Origin: Octopus sinensis
Taxonomy: Eukaryota
Direction of reading: 5' to 3'
DNA length: 64,000 nt
Assembly (NCBI RefSeq): GCF_006345805.1
Contig: NW_021833048.1
Span: 1 to 64,000 of the forward strand
Of this stretch, positions 13,481 through 43,276 are shown piece by piece (positions within the stretch are counted from its first letter, which is position 1; each line of letters starts with the position of its first letter). The position numbers and the translations under genes were made by a program. Below the pieces are notes generated by a model. That model was not told the DNA's origin. It searched no databases and saw only the letters and a program-made list of their open reading frames with translations.

Positions 13481-14276
13481 TTATTACCTCCGCCTTAGCA
13501 AAGGCAGAGGTATTGTTTTTAGTTGTATTTGTTTGTTTGTCTGTGGATATCTCAAGAACTGCTGAATGGATTCAGATGAAACTTTCAGGGATGTTTGGCC
13601 TCATGACTGGCACAAACTGATTAGGTTTTGGTTTCAATCTGGTGCAAAACAAGGATTCTGGATTATTTTTCCTACTCTTACTCTTTACTCTTTTACTTGT
13701 TTCAGTCATTTGACTGCGGCCATGCTGGAGTACCGCCTTTAATCAAGCAACTCGACCCCGGGACTTATTCTTTTGTAAGCCAGTACTTATTCTATCGGTC
13801 TCTTTTGCCGAACCGCTAAGTTACGGGGACGTAAACAACCAGCATCGGTGTCAAGCAATGCTAGGGGGACAAACACAGACAACAAACAAACACCACATAC
13901 ATACACTATATATATATATATATACGACGCGGGATTCTTTCAGTTTCGTCTACCAAATCCACTCAGAAGGCTTTGGTCGGCCCGAGGCTATAGTAGAAGA
14001 CATTTGCCAAGGTTGCCACACAGTGAGACTGAACCCGGAACCATGAGGTTGGTAAGCAAGCTACTTACCACACGGCCACTCCTGCGCCTATGTTTTTTTT
14101 CCTTGTTTTTTTTTCTTAATTTTTGAGAGCGATCGGATTCAACTTTAGTATCCTCGTTTGTGAGAGCATTCGAGTTTATTTCAGATATTCTCATTTTAAA
14201 AATCATCTCTGGCAAATCGTCGAGAGGACATTGGTGTTGCCTTGGCGGAGGTTTGCACTCTCTGAGTGCTCTTGTT
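13481..14276 (+). mobile_element. Helentron/DINE-1-like non-autonomous element interrupted by a family-A SINE
   Basis: 5' TTATTACCTCCGCC...GGCAGAGGT hairpin, (GTTT)n tract, 3' GGCGGAGGTTTGCACTCTCTGAGTGCTCTTGTT; SINE at ~13675-14088. Class assigned from structural resemblance. Confidence 0.6.
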
Positions 14277-14478
14277 ATTGTTATTATTATTATCTGCATG
14301 TGAAACTGACCAACTGTAGTCAAAGACACAAAAAGCCATTCACCTTCCCCCCCCCATCCTGCCAAACACCTTGTGTCAGTCTGATGGTGTCTTTGTGTCA
14401 CCTTCTCATGGAATGGTCGGCTTCATTCATACATACATACATACATATATATGTATATGTATGTATGTATATATATAC

Positions 14479-14510
<32 letters not shown>

Positions 14511-14595
14511 ATACATATGTATGTATATATATATAGACATACATATATATATATATATACATACATATATATGTATATATATATATATATATATG

Positions 14596-14626
<31 letters not shown>

Positions 14627-15660
14627 ACATATATATATACATATATATATTTGTTGTTGTTGTGGTGCTAGTGGTGGTGGTTGTGGAGGTGGTGGTAGTG
14701 GTGGTGGTGGTGGTGGTGGTGGTGGTGGGTTGTGGTTGTTGTTGTTGTTGTGGTGGTGTTGATAGCCTTTTCCTTTTATCTTTGTTGTTGATATTATGAA
14801 GGTGTAACGCGAACACCTTTCTCTCTCTCTCTCTCTCTCTCTCTTTGTATACACACACACTCACACACACACACTTGCACACACACACATGTACACACAC
14901 ACATATATATACACACACACATATACACACACACACATATACACACACATGTACACACAAACACATGCACACATACACACACACATATATACACACATAC
15001 AGGCACACATACACACACATGCACATACACACACATACATAGACACTCACATATATACACACATATTCACACACATATACACGCACACATATACACATAC
15101 ATATACACACAAACATATGCACTCATACATATATATATTATATACACACATATACACACATATACACACACACACGCACATACATACACACAGATACACC
15201 CACGTCTTTCACCTGCCCCTGCTTCTCTCTCACCCACCTCTTACTCTCTACGATTTCTTTACTTACTCTCCTCTCTCCCCCCTCTTATTTTGCTCCCTCT
15301 CTTTCACTCCCTCTCCCTTTGTCTTCTTTCTCTCTCCCTCTCTCTTCACTCTGTGTCTGTCTTTCATCTTCTCTCCCTACTTCTCTTGCACCCATCTCTC
15401 TCTCCTTTGCCTCTCACTTATTTCTTTCTCCTCTCTCTCCTCTCTCTCTCTCTCTCCTCCGCCTTGCTTTGTCCTCATTCTCTCTCTCTCCTCCCTCCCT
15501 CCCTCGCTCTCTCTCTCTCCCTCTCCCTCGCTCTCCCAACCTCGCTCTCCCTCCCCCTCCCCCCCCGTTCTCACTCTCCCTCTCTCGCACACAACACTCA
15601 CTCAAACACGTCGGTCACTCTATAATCTCTCCATTCTTCCCCTTTATAAATCTACCTCAA

Positions 15661-32438
<16,778 letters not shown>

Positions 32439-32473
32439 GCAATTAGCACCTGCTACAGGTGATTAAACGAAAT

Positions 32474-32479
32474 AATAAA
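32474..32479 (+). promoter_or_regulatory. Polyadenylation signal of the peptidase gene
   Basis: AATAAA 35 nt after the stop codon. Confidence 0.55.
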
Positions 32480-32779
32480 AATTAATAAGATGTTGTAAAT
32501 ATTATTATATACGAATCTTATGGTTCCAGGTTCAGTCCCACATCATGGCACCTTGGTCAAGTTTCTTCTTTTATAGCATCAGGCCAAGTAAAGCTTTGCG
32601 AGTGGTGGACATGGTGGACGGAAACTGAAAGAAGCCCATCATATACATGTATGCATGTATGTATGTATGTATGTGTGTATGTATGTATCTATGTATGTAT
32701 GTGTGTATGTATGTATGTATGAATGTATGTATGTCATTATTCAGTTTATTCCAAGATTTCTTGCCAATATATCTATCTA

Positions 32780-32839
<60 letters not shown>

Positions 32840-35127
32840 ATATATATATATCTATATATCTATATATATATATATATTATTATATATATAATATATATAT
32901 ATAATATATATATATATATATGTATGTATGTATATATATATTTCGATGACTGGCATCTGTGCTAGTGGAGCGCTAAGAGCACCATCCGAGTGTGATCGTT
33001 GCCAGAACAGCTGACTAGTATCCGTGCCAGTGGCACGTAAAAAGCACCATTCAAGCATGATCATTACCAGTGCTGCCTTACTGGCACTTGTGTCGGTGGC
33101 ACGTAAAAAACACCATTTGAGCGTGGCCGTTGTCAGTACTGCCTGACTGGCCCTCGTGCCGGTGGCACGTAAAAGCACCCACTACACTCACGGAGTGGTT
33201 GGCATTAGGAAGGTCATCCAGCTGTAGAAACTCTGCCAGATCAAGATTGGAGTCTGGTGCAGCCATCTGGTTCACCAGTCCTCAGTCAAATCATCCAACC
33301 CATGCCAGCATGGAACCAAATCTACTGAACCAAATCTCAAACTATTTCTGCCAAAGTGGTGTAGTTGAGGAGGTGTCCTCTTGAAAACAGTTAACAGTTT
33401 GCAATTTAGTTGGGATTGACGAAATGGTGGACTTAAGAATGTATTCAATCGCTGACCATGTTTGAATGGTAATACAAGGACCAGAGACACGCTTCATACC
33501 AGCTAAACATTCATAACAATGATCACTGGAACATTTGTTTGGGTAGTGAATGTCTGAACGACAATGTGAGAGGCTAAGATTTCCAAACAAAGAGAGAGAA
33601 CAGACAACACGGATTTTACAGAAATAATCAGTAAACGAAGCCGTATGTAACAATTATTGTTGTTGTCATCCAGATTCCAGTGTTGGGGGTTATGTTTCAT
33701 CATCATCATCATCATCAATTAACGTCCGTTCTCCATGCTGGCATGGGTTGGACGGTTGAACTGGGGTCTGGGAAGCCAGATGGCTGCACCAGGCTCCAGT
33801 CTGATCTGGCAGTGTTTCTACAGCTGGATTCCCTTCCAAACGCCAACCACTCCAAGAGTGTAGTATTTCTCTATTAGAAACCAGATCTGTCTTTCTAGGA
33901 AGAATATTAATAAATAAAAAGTATACACACGCATATGTACATACATACCCAGTTGATCTTGAAATTCCAATGAAGGAGTCTTGGATCATCATCATCATCG
34001 TTTAACGTCCGTTTTCCATGCCAGCATGGAAAACGGACGATTTTGTCTCAGGGCTGGCGAACCAGATGGCGGCACCAGGCTCCAGTCTTGATCAGAGTTT
34101 CTACAGCTGGATGCCCTTCCTAACACCAACCACTCCGAAAGTGTAGTGGGTGCTTTTAAGTGCCTCTGACACGGGGGGCCAGTCAGGCAGTACTGGCAAT
34201 GGCCACGCTCGAATCTTTTTACACATGCTACCGGCATCTAGATTAGAAATTGGTTCTTTCTCTATTGGCAAGAAATCTTGAAATAAAATCGAATAGTGAT
34301 ATATATATATATATACATACACACACACATACATACATACACACACACATACATACATACATACATACATACATACATACATACGTACGTACGTACGTAC
34401 ATGCACACATAATCAAATTACCTTTACAAGGCGCCATGCCACGGGACCGAACCTGGATCCATATGGTTAAGAAGCAAGCTTCTTCTCACACGGCCATGCC
34501 TGCGCTTAATACACTAAAAACGCTTTTCCTCAATACGAGCCGTTGACATTGGGGTACCTCGAATTCGCCCTGATTGTTTTATGCCACCAAGTATTGTATA
34601 ATGAAACTAAAGATAATAATTAAACAATTAACGAAAGGGTAGAAAAGTTACAATACAAGGGAAATAATTCTAATATAATTAGTTTTACATTTATTATCTC
34701 CCTTTTATTTTTCTCAAAACTTTATATTATTTAGTTGTGTCTGGGGAAAGTCATTTTCTTTTTTTGCCTTAGAATTTAACACACTCACCGGTAAAATTTC
34801 CACTTATTTCTTATTTCAAGACTATTGAAAAGGTTGCAAGATGCAAGGAAAATTTTAAGAAAATAAAAATAAGAAATAAGGGAAAATTTTACCGGTCTCC
34901 AGACACAACAGAATATGCTTCAACACACGAACTCACATAAAGAATCTTGCAATCCAAAAATGAAATTATATTATTTACGTTTATGAATTTGTTTTGCAAG
35001 ATTCCTGATGTGAAATCATGTTTTGAAACATTATTTCAGATTTGTGAAGTCGTTGTGCATATAAAATCGTTCGCACGCCGGAAAAAAATTACTTAGCAGC
35101 ATTTCTTCCGGCTTTACATTCTGAGAT

Positions 35128-35700
35128 TTAAATTCTACTGATGTCAACTTTTGCATCCCGAAAAACTGAGGCCATCACCCTCCCTGCAGATGAAACAACC
35201 CTGACCTTCTTCGGAGCAAATGAGGAGGGGTGTTTGTACTGCATGGATTGTCTCTTTGTCTCTGGTTCAAAGTGATGAAGCCAACACTCATCCTGGATTA
35301 GGAAACGTCCGAGGAAACCAGCTGGATCTGCCTCAAACAATGTCAGATTTTCCCATGATATGATCAGCCTGGTACGCTTTCGATCACAGGTCAGAGTATA
35401 TGGCACCCACCCAACAGAAACTTTCATCATATCAAGTTCATAGTGCAGAATATTCCCAAATCAGTCAAGGGATATTCTAATAGCACTGGCTATTTGATTT
35501 CCAGTCAATCGCCTGTCATCCATCACCATCTGGGGATCACAATCAATGTTTTCCTTGATGCTGGAAATTACAGAACGACCAGACATTGGGTCGTTTTCAA
35601 GACCCTCTTTCTCTGCCTAAATTCAGTTGTTCACTGTTGCGTGGTTAATAAAGCTGGACTGTCATCCCCAGATCTAATAATCATGTTTGCATGAATATCC
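35128..35700 (-). mobile_element. Degenerate mariner transposase fragment (HTH region to first catalytic Asp)
   Basis: ...LENDPMSGRS...VMDDRRLT..IASAIRIS...GNILHYELDMMKVSVGWVPYTL (WVPHEL-like)...FLIQDECWLHHFEPETKRQSMQY...KVRVVSSAGRVMASVF; in-frame stops present. Confidence 0.85.
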
Positions 35701-36847
35701 TTGGGGCTAAACCTTTTATCTGTAAATACTTGATAAAATCATGATGCCATATTTTGTCCAGTGAGTGTGTTACATAATAAGGTACAAAAAGAAAACGACT
35801 CTCCCCAGACACAACAGAATATGCTTCAACACACGAACTCATATAAAGAATCTTACAAACCAAATCCAAAAACGAAATATTTTGTCCAGTTGAGATTTCG
35901 CCACTGCTTAGTTATGAAGTCTCCTTAGAACAGTCAGGTGTCAGTTTACCTGGAAAGAAACAACTCAGTTATTAATAAAAAGCTCTTAAAATTACTGCAT
36001 GCAAGATTTCACAACTCCAGCATCTCTCCTTCATAGTCAACCTGTCAGCTTTTCAATCCATCCTCGTACAGAGGCAAATTTCTGTACGCTCAGCAAAATT
36101 GAGGAAACATTGCCTGGAATTAAACAATAATAACAACAACAATAACTATGTAGTGAATCTTGCAAGCATGAAGTGGATTCGATCCACCATAGCCAAATTT
36201 AAATTAACACTGCTACAGAGCTTTTCCCACGATGGAACAATGGTTTTTCTCTGACAGCAGTTTTTGCATTTTCCAGATGCCTTTAGCAAGGCCGAAATAA
36301 TGTCTTCACCACTTGACCCTTTCCAACCTCTTCTACTTCACCAAAGGCTAGAATAGAGATAACAAGACCACCAACTGAATCTATTGTTCTCAATATATCT
36401 AACTTTCTGGATAGTTATATAAGCAAGAACACCCCAAGCAAAAATCAGTTAGTCACCTTGGTGACTGTTCCAATGATGGATTGGATCTGTGTTTGTCCCC
36501 CCATCACCACTTGATAACTGATGTTAGTGTGTTTATGTTCCTGTAACTTAGCAGTTCAGGAAGAAAAAAAAAAGACTGATAGAATAAGTACTAGGCTTAA
36601 AAAATAAGTCCAGGGGTCAATTTGTTTGACTAAAAAAATACTTCAAGTTGATGCTCCAGCATGGCTGCAGTCAAATCACTAAAACAACTAAAAGAATAAA
36701 GAATGTCTCTCACTTTCTCTTTCTCTTCCTCTCTCATACATATATACATACACACTCACACACATATATATATATTTGCATATGTATATATATACATACA
36801 TATATGTACATACATATATACATACACACATATATAGATACATATAC

Positions 36848-36923
<76 letters not shown>

Positions 36924-37249
36924 GCTAACGTCAGTTAGTGGACTGACCACTAGAATTATGGAAGCAGGCAGACAACACGGCCAGAGGGAAAAGAAAGACA
37001 ACGTCCCACACCCTACAACTCTCACTAGCTCTAAATTTTGTTCTCTTAGAACATCATTCTATCTCTCTCTGTATTTACTACTAAACAATGAAGAGGACAC
37101 AAACACAAACTTTACTTCGCATTTCTTTTGGATTTATCAAAACCTGCTCGTTGAGGCAAGGTATTGTAACGTAACGGTAAATAAATACTTTCTTAAAACT
37201 TCATGCATTGTCTATCCTTCACATCCTACAGTAAGCAATATTAACATCA

Positions 37250-37662
37250 AGCATTTGTCTTATGAAGAAAGGCTGAAGACGCTCGACCTTTATTCTCTAG
37301 AAAAACGACGATGCCATGGTGATCACATTCTCGCTCACAACATCATAAGCGGAAAGTGTAACCTCTCGAAAGAGCTGTTCTTCACTCCTGCTCCAGAGTG
37401 TCGGCTGTGGGGTCACTCCGAAAAGCTCTATCTGCGACAATTTCATCTCAATCGAAGGAGAGGGCCTTTCTCCGTCCGGGTTGTGGATCCGTGGAATAAG
37501 CTGCCGGACGAGATGGTGAAGATGCCGACGACCGCTCGGTTCAAAATCTCTCTTGACCAGAAATGGCCTGAACTCTTTGCATGAATACCCCTGTACATAA
37601 CTCCATGTCCCCCTAAATGGCCTTGCTTTTCGTTTTTTGAGCCCCAAATTAACTTAACTTAA
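37250..37662 (+). mobile_element. CR1-clade LINE 3' fragment with (TTAAC)n tail
   Basis: LSYEERLKTLDLYSLEKRRCHGD...GHSEKL...FSVRVVDPWNKLPDEMV...FKISLD. Confidence 0.85.
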
Positions 37663-37781
37663 CAAATTTCTTATCGTCACACCAGCTGACTCCGTTGTGG
37701 TGCACCTGAGCACTGTATACAATAATTTCATTGTTATTATATCATAATAATGTTTACTAATCAATATCTGCCGTTACTACT

Positions 37782-38148
37782 GGATGGAAGCACTCCGTCG
37801 GTTACGACGATGAGGGTTCCGGTTGATCCGAATCAACGGAACAGCCTGCTCGTGAAATTAACGTGTAAGTGGCTGAGCACTCCACAGACACGTGTACTTT
37901 TAATGTAGTTCTCGGGGAGATTCAGCGTGACACAGAGAGTGACAAGGCCGGCCCTTTGAAATACAGGTACAACAGAAACAGGAAGTAAGAGTGAAAGAAA
38001 GTTGTGGTGAAAGACTACAGCCGGAGCCTCATGGAGCTTTTAGGTGTTTTCGCTCAATAAACACTCACAACGCCCGGTCTGGGAATTGAAACCACGATCC
38101 TATGACCACGAGTCCGCTGCCCTAACCACTGGGCCATTGCGCCTCCAC
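37782..38148 (-). mobile_element. SINE family D (tRNA-derived) with 12-bp TSD
   Basis: Head GTGGAGGCGCAATGGCCCAGTGGTTAGGGCAGCGGACTC...TTCAATTCCCAGACCGGGC; TSD GCCGTTACTACT (37770-37781 and 38149-38160); related copies ~17822-18128 and ~62000-62265. Confidence 0.85.
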
Positions 38149-38249
38149 GCCGTTACTACTACACTGTATTGTACTCTACATTGGATAATTTAGTCCGAGA
38201 TACACTTTGGCTAAATAAACGAAGGAATACTCAGGTTGGAGGGTCACCT

Positions 38250-38615
38250 GGATCGTGAATGACCTAGGGTTAAACAACAGCAATAATAGCAAGGAAGTGA
38301 ACATTGAATTGTATAGTCCTAGATAAACTGTGGTTGATTAAAATTTGGGATGCTTGCAACATGAACATCTTTGATTATAGATCTGTTGGATCAGGGCTGA
38401 GCTGGGGCTGAACAATAATCACAAGGAGGTGCACATTTGATAAGGTAGTCCAAGGTACACTGAGGCTGAATAAAAGATGGGGTGGTCACAACGAGAAGAC
38501 CTCTGATCATAGATCTATTGGATCAGAACTGACTCGGGGTTAAACAACAGTCACAAGGGAGAAGACATATGATAAGGTAGTCCAAGGTACACTGTGACTG
38601 AATAAAAGATAGGGC
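38250..38615. repeat. Diverged ~132-bp tandem repeat (2-3 units)
   Basis: TGATAAGGTAGTCCAAGGTACACTG..CTGAATAAAAGAT repeated at ~38438 and ~38570. Confidence 0.7.
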
Positions 38616-38817
38616 TTGGTTAAAGGTTGATAGGTTACCAACCTTTACACCCCCCCACTGACCCAGGAGAATAAAAAGGATCTGTCTGAAGGAATGAGAG
38701 TAATGGAGAATTCTTTAATTAAGAAATACAGGTATTTCCTCACCTGTAAATCAAATTGGAAATTGCTTGCTTAAAAAGTCTTCAACATTCCTTGTACAAT
38801 AATAATAATTGTTAGTT

Positions 38818-38848
<31 letters not shown>

Positions 38849-39594
38849 TGTGTGTGTGTGAGTATGTGTGTGTGAGTGTGTGTGTGTGTGTGTGTGAGTG
38901 TGTGTGTATGTGTGTGTGTGTGTGTATATGTGTGTGAATGTGTATGTGTATGTGAGTGTGTGTGAGTGTGTGTGTATGTGTGTATGTGTTTGTGTGTGTG
39001 TGTGTGTGAGTGTGTGTGTGTGTCTGAGAGTGTGTGTATGTAATATGTGTGAGTGTGTGTGTGTAAGTGTGTGTATGTAATGTGTATGTGTGAGTGTGTT
39101 TGAGTGTGTGTGTATGTAATATGTGTGAGTGTGTATGTAATGTGTGTGTGTGAGTGTGTGTGTGTGTGTAAGTGTGTGTCTGCGGGTGTGTGGGTGTGTG
39201 AGTGTGTATGTAATATGTGCGTGTGTATATGTGTGTGTGTCTGCAAGTATGGCCGTGTGAGTAAGAAGTTTGTTTTGCAACCACATATCTATTCAAGTTT
39301 ATTCCCACAGTTTGAAAACTGGTGTCAGTTTGATTAACCGCCCACCTCCCCCCAACAGAAACAACAGAATAAGTCTGAGACTTAATTTTTAACCAGCGCA
39401 AGAAGCAAACGATCAATCAGTTTGCTGAATAGATATCGAACAAATTGTCTAACAATAAAGAAGTGAGATTGAACCAGCGTGAGTGTGTTATTGGTGTAAT
39501 GACCCTCCCAGGGCACAAGACTTAATAAGTATTCTTAACAATTTCATCGATTGACCTGTCATAACGATTCTGCCAGCTCGCCGCCTTAATAATA

Positions 39595-40380
39595 ACAAGA
39601 GCACTCAGAGAGTGCAGACCTCCGCCAAGGCAACACCAACGTCCTCTCGACGATTTGCCAGAGATGGTTTTCAAAGTGAGAATATCTGAAATAAACTCGA
39701 CTGCTCTTACAAACGAGGATACTAAAAATGAACCCGATTGCTCTCAGAAATTAAATAAGAAAAAAAAAAAAAAAACTCTCTCTCTTTTACTCTTTTACTT
39801 GTTTCAATCATTTGACTGCGGCCATGCTGGAGCACCGCCTTTTACTCGAGCAACTCGACCCCGGGACTTATTCTTTTGTAAGCCCAGTACTTATTCTATC
39901 GGTCTCTTTTGCCGAACCGCTAAGTGACGGGGACATAAACACACCAGCATCGGTTGTCAAGCAATGTTGGGGGACAAACACAGATACACAAACACACACA
40001 CGCATATATATATATATATATATATACATATATACAACGGGCTTCTTTCAGTTTCCGTCTACCAAATCCACTCACAAGGCTTTGGTCGGCTCGAGGCTAT
40101 AGTAGAAGACACTTGCCCAAGGTGCCATGCAGTGGGACTGAACCCGGAACCATGTGGTCAGTAAGCAAGCTACTTACCACACAGCCACTCCTGCGCCTGG
40201 AAAAATAATCCAGAATGCTTGTCCGGTACCGGATCGATCCCCAAAATCTAACCAGTTCGTGCCAGCCATGGGACCAAACATCCCTGAAAGTGTCATCTGA
40301 ATCCATCCAGCGGTTCTTGAGATATCTTGTCTACGGACAAACAAAACAAACAATCCCTCCACCCTAAGGCGGGGCGGAGG
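39595..40380 (-). mobile_element. Second Helentron-like element, also interrupted by a family-A SINE
   Basis: Reverse complement of the 13481-14276 element; SINE at ~39776-40198; a third fragment lies at ~48465-48570. Confidence 0.6.
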
Positions 40381-40876
40381 TAATAATCATCATCATCATC
40401 ATCATCATCGTTTAACGTCCGTTCTCCATGCTAGCATGGATTGGACGGTTCGACCGGGGATCTGGGAAGCCAGGAGGCTGCACCAGGCTCCAGTCTTATC
40501 TGGCAGTGTTTCTACAGCTGGATGCCCTTCCTAACGCCAACCACTCTGTGAGTGTAGTGGGTGCTTTTTATGTGCCACCGGCACAGGTGCCATATGAGGC
40601 TGGCAACGGCCACGGTTGGACTGGTGCATTTTACGTGCCACCGGTACGGAAGCCAGTCGAGGCGGCGCTGGCATCGGCCACGATTCGGATAATGGATTCA
40701 AATTTTGGCACCAGACCAGCAATTTTTAGAAATTGGCGGTTAGTTGTTATGATCGAAGAATTATGGGTCGAAGGCAAACAGTTTCATATAATTTAAAGAA
40801 TTAATAAAATCGTTTGATGAGTTTATCCTTAGATGTGTTCTTACATCTTGCAAGAAGGAAACCAATTCTATGAATG

Positions 40877-41553
40877 GGTACTATTTAAGAAGAGTGGTCC
40901 CGGTGCGCGCACTTGCGCTAGCTAGTCGTGACTAGTCGATCCTTACTTTGTTTTTGTGTTTTATTTACTTTGCTTAAAAAAATTATTTACTTTGTGTCAT
41001 CTTTTCGGTTTGAACGGCAGTTTTTAACATAATTCCCACGTAACTAAACACTTTTAAACTTCGTATATTGGTAGAATGTGTTTATAAAACATCTTTTTCT
41101 CTTGGCTTTATTGAGAAAAATTTAATAGGTTATAAGATATTTGTTGTTTATTTTCTTCAATTTCTGCAATTTCAACCAATCAATGACCGTCCATTGAGGT
41201 AAAAAGCATTCTGTGCCGTATGAATATGTCCCTCGTTTAAGAAACAGATTGGGTTTATTTACATTTGTGAAGAAAAAAAAAGATACCCTTTCCCCCACCC
41301 CTAACCCTAAAATAGATTGAAATGCAATAGATCGATACTAGGGTCATAATTATGGGTGACAATTTCATATGACACCGCTAGAAAAAAACTGCCGTTCAAA
41401 CCGAAAAGATCCACTTTGTGTAAAAAAATAATTTATTTTGTGTTTTATTTACTTTGTTAGGTAGTCATTGCAGGATCGACTAATCACGACTAGCTATCGC
41501 GGATGCACGAGTATGCGAGTGCGCGCACCGGACCACTCTTCTTAAATAGTACC
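40877..41553. mobile_element. Mutator-like MITE (outer element)
   Basis: TIR GGTACTATTTAAGAAGAGTGGTCC(C)GGTGCGCGCACT with its reverse complement at the right end; 9-bp TSD CTATGAATG (40868-40876 and 41554-41562). Confidence 0.85.
40998..41412. mobile_element. Second Mutator-like MITE nested in the first
   Basis: TIR ATCTTTTCGGTTTGAACGGCAGTTTTT; 9-bp TSD ACTTTGTGT (40989-40997 and 41413-41421). Confidence 0.85.
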
Positions 41554-41823
41554 CTATGAATGTTTCTTAGGTGCAGCGTAGCAATCGAGATTGTTTGTGT
41601 TTATACGTGTATCCATCTACCCCAAACTTAACGCACACCCGAACACATATAGGAAACATATACAGGCGCAGGAGTGGCTGTCTACCAACCACATAGTTCC
41701 GGGTTCAGTCCCACAGTGTGGCACCTTGGGCAAGTGTCTTCTACTATAGCCTTGGGCTGACCAAAGCCTTGTGAGTGGATTTGGTAGACGGAAACTGAAA
41801 GAAGCCCGTTGTATATATGTATG

Positions 41824-41854
<31 letters not shown>

Positions 41855-42301
41855 TTGTGTGTCTGTGTTTGTCCCCTAGCATTGCTTGACAACCGATGCT
41901 GGTGTGTTTATGTCCCCGGTTCGGCAAAAGAGACCGATAGAATAAGTACTGGGCTTACAAAAGAATAAGTGCCGGGGTCGAGTTGCTCGACTAAAGGCGG
42001 TGCTCCAGCATGGCCGCAGTCAAATGACTGAAACAAGTAAAAGAGTAAAAGAGAGGGTAGGATAAAAATTACAGGAATTTTTTCTACTAGTGGCCAAGCA
42101 TGCAGAAAGTAGGCAATAGACTATATATTATTTATATAAAATTGACCCTTCGAAATTACCCCTAGCCGTGGTTTGGATTTTGACTGGTCCTTCTAGCATG
42201 CTAGGTGTCCTGTCAACGCACCTCTCATATGTTTAAATGTACGCTAATTATATATATAGGAATATTATAACATTCTTACACACAGATAAATATACACACG
42301 T

Positions 42302-42337
<36 letters not shown>

Positions 42338-42343
<6 letters not shown>

Positions 42344-43125
42344 ATGTATGATAGATGCAGTCAATTCATTCTCTCTTACCTGTTGTGTCTGCCTTCCAAA
42401 TGCTGTTTTTACTGAGATCTCCCTTTTTAGTAGAAGAAATAGCTATAACCCTTTGACTGCTATTTCTAAATTCGGTATGTGGTAAGGCAACTCGTTGCTA
42501 AACCCTTATTGCTTAGTATTACTTAAATTTTCCTCGAATGAGGCTTTTACATGCCGAAGACTACTTGGTGTAATTGATAATTTTTCCAAATAATTAATTT
42601 CACCCTTCATTATTACGGATAACCATATTTTATCTCAGTAGATGACCACAGCATCTTGTTTTGGCTACACGCGGGTGGGAAGGGGCTGTTGACACAATCG
42701 TTTCATTCACAAATTGAATTCGGTGATACCAGTTGCGGATTCTAGCTCGCTCTGATACTGAGTGGAGTTGGTGCCTTCTGGTATCTCAAAATTCAATATA
42801 TATCTCATTTATGATTATAGTATTCTACGCTGAAGAGAAAAGAAGTTTCGGTAAGATAGAATTATTTATTATTTATATTTAATATTTAATTCTTATGCTT
42901 TCCTTAAAACTTGATTTCGAAACGTACGTCCGTGGATAACTAAAAAAATGTATGATAGATTGCAGTCAATTCATTCTCTCTTACCTGTTTGTGTCTGCCT
43001 TCTAAATGCTGTTTTTACTGAGATCTCCCTTTTTAGTAGAAGAAATAGCTATAACCCTTTGACTGCTATTTCTAAATTCGGTATGTGGTAAGGCAACTCG
43101 TTGCTAAACCCTTATTGCTTAGTAT
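42338..43125 (+). mobile_element. Non-coding partial tandem element (~605-bp period) carrying the hammerhead; Penelope-like or retrozyme-like
   Basis: ~185-bp direct repeat at 42338-42519 and 42941-43125; (TA)n on both sides; related diverged fragment at ~48900-49095. Confidence 0.6.
42824..42936 (+). ncRNA. Type I hammerhead ribozyme motif
   Basis: Stem I TCTACG/CGTGGA; core CTGAAGA 42830-42836; stem II GAAAAGAAGTTT/AAACTTGATTTC; GAAA 42919-42922; palindromic stem III ACGTACGT; GUC cleavage triplet ending at 42930. Confidence 0.8.
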
Positions 43126-43187
43126 ATATTATATATATATTCATATATATATATATATCCATCCTCTCTCTATATATATATATACAT

Positions 43188-43276
<89 letters not shown>

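Noticed and set aside
15621-15650. TATAAT/TATAAA as the peptidase TATA box
   Set aside because: TATAAA is only ~10 bp from the ATG and the TSS is unknown; not supportable
36130-36400. Minus-strand frame GEDIISALLK... as a DNA transposase remnant
   Set aside because: Only a vague resemblance over a few residues; cannot be assigned without a search
38070-38148. tRNA genes at SINE heads (families A, B, D)
   Set aside because: Box A/B-bearing tRNA-derived heads continuous with SINE bodies and TSDs; no complete cloverleaf with acceptor stem established
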